Below, in pieces: positions 58,244-64,000 of a stretch of 64,000 nucleotides of DNA. The notes under the pieces are model-generated. The model was not told the DNA's origin, searched no databases, and saw only the letters and a program-made list of their open reading frames with translations. Made by a program: the position numbers and the translations under genes. This DNA comes from an uncultured Gammaproteobacteria bacterium (GTDB taxonomy: Bacteria > Pseudomonadota > Gammaproteobacteria > UBA9214), in assembly GCA_963773065.1 (NCBI GenBank), contig CAVYZN010000032.1, forward strand, positions 256,001 through 320,000, given 5' to 3'. How positions within the stretch are numbered: the stretch's first letter is position 1; every line of letters begins with the position of its first letter.

Positions 58244-61200
58244 ATGATGAGCGAAGAGATCGATTACACTGCCATGAACTGGGTCAGACATGAACTCAAC
58301 GAGAAGTTGATGCAGGCCCGCCAGTGCCTTGAGAAGTTTGCAGAGACTCCGGGAAACACAGAACCCTTGAAGGAATGCATGAGCAGTCTGCATCAGGCGC
58401 GCGGACCATTGCAAATGGTCGAACTGCAGGGCGCAGACCGACTCGCATCGGAGATGGAGGGTGTCGTCGATGCCCTGATACAGGAACGGATTGAGCCGAC
58501 GGAGGCGACACTGGAGATTCTGATGCAGGCTTTTATTCAGCTACCGGACTACCTGTCGCGACTCAGAAGCGGGCGGCGTGAAGTGCCCGTTGTATTGTTG
58601 CCGCTCATTAACCGCCTGCGCGCTGTCTGCGGCCAGGAACCGCTGCCGGAGAACGTCATCTTCAGTCCCGACCTGACAATACCCGTACCGGCCGCTTGTT
58701 TTAACTCGCAGCTACTTGACGAGTTGCCCGATGTGCGGGAACTTGCGCGCACCTATCGACAACGTTTTCAGACCGGGCTTGTGGAATGGTACCGTGGGGG
58801 TAAGAACAGCAGCGGCCTGCACAAGCTGCATGAGGTGCTCGCAAGTCTCCAGCAGGGCTCCAGGCACGAGGCGGCGGCGCGTCTATGGTGGTTCAGCGCC
58901 GGTCTTTCCGAAGCCCTGACGAGGGGTGCTCTACCCCCATCCACCGATATCAAGCAGTTGTTCGGGCGCATTGAACGCCAGCTCAAACGGCTGATTGACG
59001 TCGGGGAGGCGGCTTTTTCAGGAACAATCCCCGAAGATCTGCTGAAGCTGCTGTTGTTCCATATCCTTCAGGCAGACACCTCGGCAGGCCGCGTCGGGGA
59101 CATCAGGGAGAACTATGCACCGCGTGAATCAGACCGCTGTGCGGCGACCGAGAGTCTTGCCGGACGCAATGAGGAGCTGCTCAACAGCGTGTCCGTGGCG
59201 TCGTGTGAAAGGCTTGAGCAGATCAAGACGCGACTCGACGGCTTCATGCGTGCGGGCATGGGGGAACTGACAGACCTTTCGGCCATCGCCGATGATATGC
59301 ATGGATTGGGAAATACCGTCGGCATGATCGGTATGGAGCATGCGGGCCGGATACTGGCGGAGCATGAACGAACTGCCCGCGCTATGATAGAGGGCAATCA
59401 GCCCGTCGATGTATCCGGGCTGATGCACATGGCGGATGCCATGCTGGCGGTTGAGGCGGCGCTCAGGGATGTTCACGTCGGTGAAGCAGCCCTAGTACAG
59501 GCGGAAACAACGCAGGATCTTGCCTACAGACAGGGACTCGATGCCGTCATCCGTGAAATCGCCACCGATATGACTGACGTCAGGGAGCGTATCGATAACT
59601 ATATCAAGATGCCGGATAGGCGCGATGTACTTGCCGGCGTGCCGGTGATTCTCGATCGGGTCAGGGGTAGTCTGCTGCTGGCGGAACAGGAGCGTGCCGC
59701 GGGTCTGGTCACGCAGATCTGCGATTACATCTCGCAAGAGTTGATCGCTGCTGCGCAGGTTCCTGATGATCGGCAGATGGATACCCTTGCCGATGCCATT
59801 TGCGGTATCGAATATTATGTCGAGGCACTGAAGGAAAACCCCAGCCCTGGCGGCAGGCTGCTTGATGTCGCGGAACAGAGTTTGGCCAATTTGGTTTATT
59901 CATCAGTATCTCGCGGGATGCAAGCACGTGCGGGGCAAGCGGGTAGAGTCGCGGTTTCCTTCACCGTCCATCCTGCTGTGCCGGATGCGCCTGTCATCAC
60001 CGCTCTCCAGGTTATTGCCGATGATGTAGACAGGGAAATACTCGATGTATTTATCGAGGAGGCCGAGGCGGAAATCGCTCTGCTTGCTCACCTGCTTCCC
60101 AAGTGCATGACCGATGCGGGGAACGGCGAAATGCTGGAAACTATCCGCCGGGCGTTACACACCCTCAAGGGAAGTGGCCGCATGGTTGGCGCCATGGCCC
60201 TGGGTGAATTCGCCTGGAGCTTCGAGCGTCTCCTCAAGCAGTTTATGGATGCATCGGCCGGTTCCGGCGAGGAGCAGCTCAAGTTGCTGGCGCGGGTAAC
60301 CGGTCCACTGTCGCAATTACTGGAACAGATCAAGGGAGGACCGGCACCCGAAGCGGATGTCAATGACCTGGTTGTACAGGCAGTCAGGCTGATGCATCCC
60401 GGCACGCCGCGAGCCCGCCCGCTCTGCTGGCGAGGCGCCCGCGGCTACGGATCCAACAGCGGCTAGCAAGACTGTTGACGATATAGAGGCAACACCAGCG
60501 GTGCATGAGCGCATCAATGCCGCCGTCGGCCGATGCCGAAGCAGTCACCGTGACAGTGGTAAATGAATTGCCGGTACTGTCCCAGAATGCGGACCCGGAG
60601 ATTGTCGAGATATTTCTGGAAGAAGCTGCCGATGAGCTGGCGGCGATTTCAGAAAACCTGCCGCAATGGATCAACAACCCCCGCAACCAGGAGGCGCTGG
60701 CGAGGGTACGCCGGGCATTCCACACCCTCAAAGGCAGTGGCCGCATGGCAGGAGCCATGGTTGTCGGCGAGTTTTCCTGGGCGATAGAAAGCCTTCTGAA
60801 TCGTGTCATCGACGGATCAATCGAGGTAAGCGGTGATCTCATGGCGTTTCTCGGCCAGGTATCCACACCCTTATCCGAGCTAATCAGTCAGGTCAATGGT
60901 GGTGTCGAACCGGTTGCTGATTTCCGTGCGGTCATGGAGGCCGCTCAGAAACTGACGCATGGCGAATGCAACATGCTGCCGGGACCCGGTGTCGAGACCG
61001 GCATAACGGGGGCGCCGGCGGGTGTCGCGGCGCAGTCCGGAGTGTATGCCGAAGACGCTGAGCCGGAACTGCTCGAAATCTTCGGGCGGGAATGCCGGGA
61101 TCATCTGAATTCGATGCGCACCTTCATCGACGGTTGCGAGCATGGTGATAAAGCCTGCCATGTCTCGGAGCCACTCTACCGCGCGTTGCATACCCTGGCG

Positions 61201-64000
61201 GGTATTGCGGAGTCTGCGCAAGTGCCCTTCATCAAAATGCTGGCCGGTGAGCTCTATAGCTATTTCGGGGCGGTGGAAGAGGCGCAACAGCCAGCCGGAC
61301 GCGATGCCGTAGAGGTACTCAGGGCATGCACGGCGGCGATGTCAGAGCTTGTCGACAGGCTACCTGACACCACATTCGATGCACAACTGCTGCAATCGTT
61401 GCAGGAACGCATCCGGTGCCTGCCGCGGATTGAAGCCCAGGAGCAGCCTTCCGGGGAAGGGGCGCTCTTTCAGGATGTCCCTCAGGAAGAACCGGTTGAG
61501 GCGAATGGCGGCGATACCGGGCCGGTTCCGTATACCACCGCACCGACGGTTGCAGTCGAGCCGGTTGCGGCTGCGGCAGCAGACCTTGCAACGCCGGCCC
61601 GGGCCGTTGACCATTATGCCCATCTGGATGCCGAGTTGCTCGAGGTCTTCCTGGAGGAAGCGGGAGAGATCATTGAAAGCAGCGAGTCCACCCTGCATGC
61701 CTGGGTGGAGGATCCCGGCCACCGGGAGCTGATAAATGAATTCCAGCGCCAGTTGCATACCTTGAAAGGCGGTGCCCGCATGGTCGATATCACCGCCATC
61801 GGCAACTTGAGCCACAGCCTGGAAACGCTCCTGACGCGGGTTGTCGACGGGCATGTCGAGACTTCCGATCGGTTGTTCGGGCTGCTGCAGCATGCGCACG
61901 ACCGTCTCGCCGACATGTTCGAGAAGGTCAAGGCCCGTGAAGTCCCGGACAACGTTGAGGAGCTGGTGGAACAACTGAACCGCCTTGGTCATGAGGATGA
62001 GGCTGCCGTGGCCGAAGCGACGGTAGCGGAGGTAGCGGGACAGGTTGAATCCGAAGTATCGACCCAGACGGGGCAAGAGTACGTCGCCCCGCTCGGGCAG
62101 GACCGGCAAGACATCGCCGGCACTCTGGATGTACCGGTAGCGGCCGTGGTGTTCGATGCCGTCGACCAGGTGCTTGCAGGGGGATCTCCGCCCGATACTC
62201 TCAGGGAGGGCGAGGTCATGCCGCGCCAGCCTGAACGGCGCAAGGCATCGCGTGTGCGTGGTGAACAGGTACGCGTGCAGGCGGAACTGCTCGACAGCCT
62301 GGTTAACTATGCAGGCGAAATCAACATTTACCGCGCCCGTCTGGATCAGCAAATCGGCGTTTACCGGTTCAACCTTGCCGAGCTGCACCAGACCATCAAC
62401 CGCGTGCGCGACCAGTTGCGTCAATTCGAGATCGAAACGGAAACCCAGATACTGCACCGGTTCGAGCGGGAAGCCGAAGACCGGAATCTTGACTTCGATC
62501 CGCTGGAAATGGACCGCTATTCGAACCTGCAGCAGTTGTCACGTTCGCTGGTGGAGACGATCAGCGATCTGCACAGCATCCAGGAACTGCTGGACAACAC
62601 GACACGGGAAACGGAATCGCTGTTGCTGCAGCAATCGCGCGTCAGCACGGATCTGCAGGAAGGACTGATGCGGGCGCGCATGATTCCGTTTGCCGGACTC
62701 GCCCCGCGCTTGCGGCGTATCGTGCGCCAGGCCGCCGAGGAGCTGGGCAAGAAGGTCGAGCTTACGCTCGATGGCGCCGATGGCGAGATGGACCGTAACG
62801 TGATCGAAAGGATCATCGCACCGCTTGAGCATATGTTGCGCAATGCCGTCGATCACGGCATCGAACAGCCGGGACAGCGCAGGGAAGCGGGCAAGCCGGA
62901 GACGGGTACGGTCAGGATTGCCTTTCACCGGGAGGGTCCGGAAATCGTGCTCCAGGTCGCGGATGACGGCAGGGGTATCAACCATGAAGCCGTACGCGAG
63001 CGGGCCGTTGAACGCGGCCTGATTGCAGAGCATGCGCAACTCACTGACAGCGAAATCATGCAGTTCGTAGTGCAGACGGGCTTCAGCACGGCCGCCAAGG
63101 TGACTCAGATTTCAGGGCGTGGCGTGGGCATGGATGTCGTGAACAGCGAGGTCAAGCAGCTTGGCGGCTCGCTGCATATCGCTTCCAGCCCCGGCAGGGG
63201 CAGTATTTTCACCATACGCCTGCCGTACACCCTGGCAATCAACCAGGCGCTGCTGGTCAGGGCGGGAGAGGACACGTACTGTGTTCCGCTCGGCACGATC
63301 GAAGGCGTAGTCCGCGTCGATGCGGAGATTCTTTCAGAATGCTACAAGACGCCGGGATGCGGCCTACCGGTATGCGGGCAACGCCTATCAGTTGCATCAT
63401 CTCGGGACATTGCTGAAGCGTGGCAGCATGAATCTGGAGGGAGCGCAGGGACGCATACCGGTGCTGCTGGCTCGCATCGGCGAAAAACGGCTTGCCCTGC
63501 AGGTGGAGGCACTCATCGGCAATCGTGAAATCGTGGTCAAGCCGCTGGGCGCGCAACTGAGCAGCGTACACGGGGTATCGGGCGCCACGATCCTCGGTGA
63601 CGGCCGCGTCATTCTCATTCTGGATATGGCGGCTGTGGGCCGCATGGCCGTCAAGCCGCAGGCGCCGTCGATGGCGGCTGAAAGAAGCGCCAGTGAAAGG
63701 CTGCTGGTCATGGTGGTCGATGATTCGATTACCGTGCGCAAGGTGACGACCCGCCTGCTGGAACGCTACGGGTTTGACGTGATGACGGCGAAGGACGGCG
63801 TGGACGCCATGAGCCTGCTGCAGGATCGCATTCCCGATGTCATGCTGCTCGACATAGAGATGCCGCGCATGGACGGTTTTGAGCTTGCCAGGCACGTACG
63901 CAATGATGAACGGCTGCGGCATATCCCGATCACCATCATTACTTCACGCACCGGCGACAAGCACCGCGAACGGGCAATGCAGATCGGCGTAAACCATTAC
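58244..64000 (+). CDS. chpA: ChpA/PilL CheA-like kinase (Hpt repeats, HATPase, CheW, REC); frameshifts near 60410, 60510 and 63360; 3'-truncated
   Basis: Several HTLKG Hpt motifs; FDPLEMDRY; HMLRNAVDHGIE; ISGRGVGMDVV; VDDSITVRKV; DIEMPRMDG. Confidence 0.94.

Overview
A mostly housekeeping, GC-rich gammaproteobacterial chromosome segment, probably from a Chromatiales/Thiohalobacter-like sulfur-oxidiser relative (inferred from an RspA-type DsrC paralogue, a VPLPA-CTERM protein and the gene order). Contents in order: 3' part of a cox oxidase and assembly cluster (ctaG, coxC, DUF2909, SURF1, SCO-like, cyoE); rpoH with a CIRCE operator; ftsYEX; an M16 protease pair; a lamin-tail/VPLPA-CTERM gene; rsmD-coaD-yfhL-ggt; a small accessory block (RimK-like ligase, argE, exported hypothetical, ECF permease, FNR-box small membrane protein, tag, RspA); mutM; a Gld-like ABC operon; desA; rpmGB; a large SLT protein; radC; coaBC-dut-algC-argB; pyrE/xth; ampG; yggTU-proC; pilTU; pyrK-pyrC'-pyrB-pyrR-ruvX-yqgE-tonB; gshB; and pilGHIJ-chpA, which runs off the end. 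About 17 genes, several essential, carry single-base frameshifts, which points to unpolished long-read errors rather than real pseudogenes. I saw no rRNA, tRNA, CRISPR array, transposase or integrase. The best novelty candidate is a lone membrane-anchored, phage-derived XkdW/tail-fibre-chaperone-like gene between gshB and tonB. Other notable items: nested and dispersed palindromic repeat elements, a recurring leaderless-mRNA architecture, absence of cox15, yggS and pilK from their usual positions, and an internally deleted TauE pseudogene. All family assignments are from motif recognition by eye; no database search was run.
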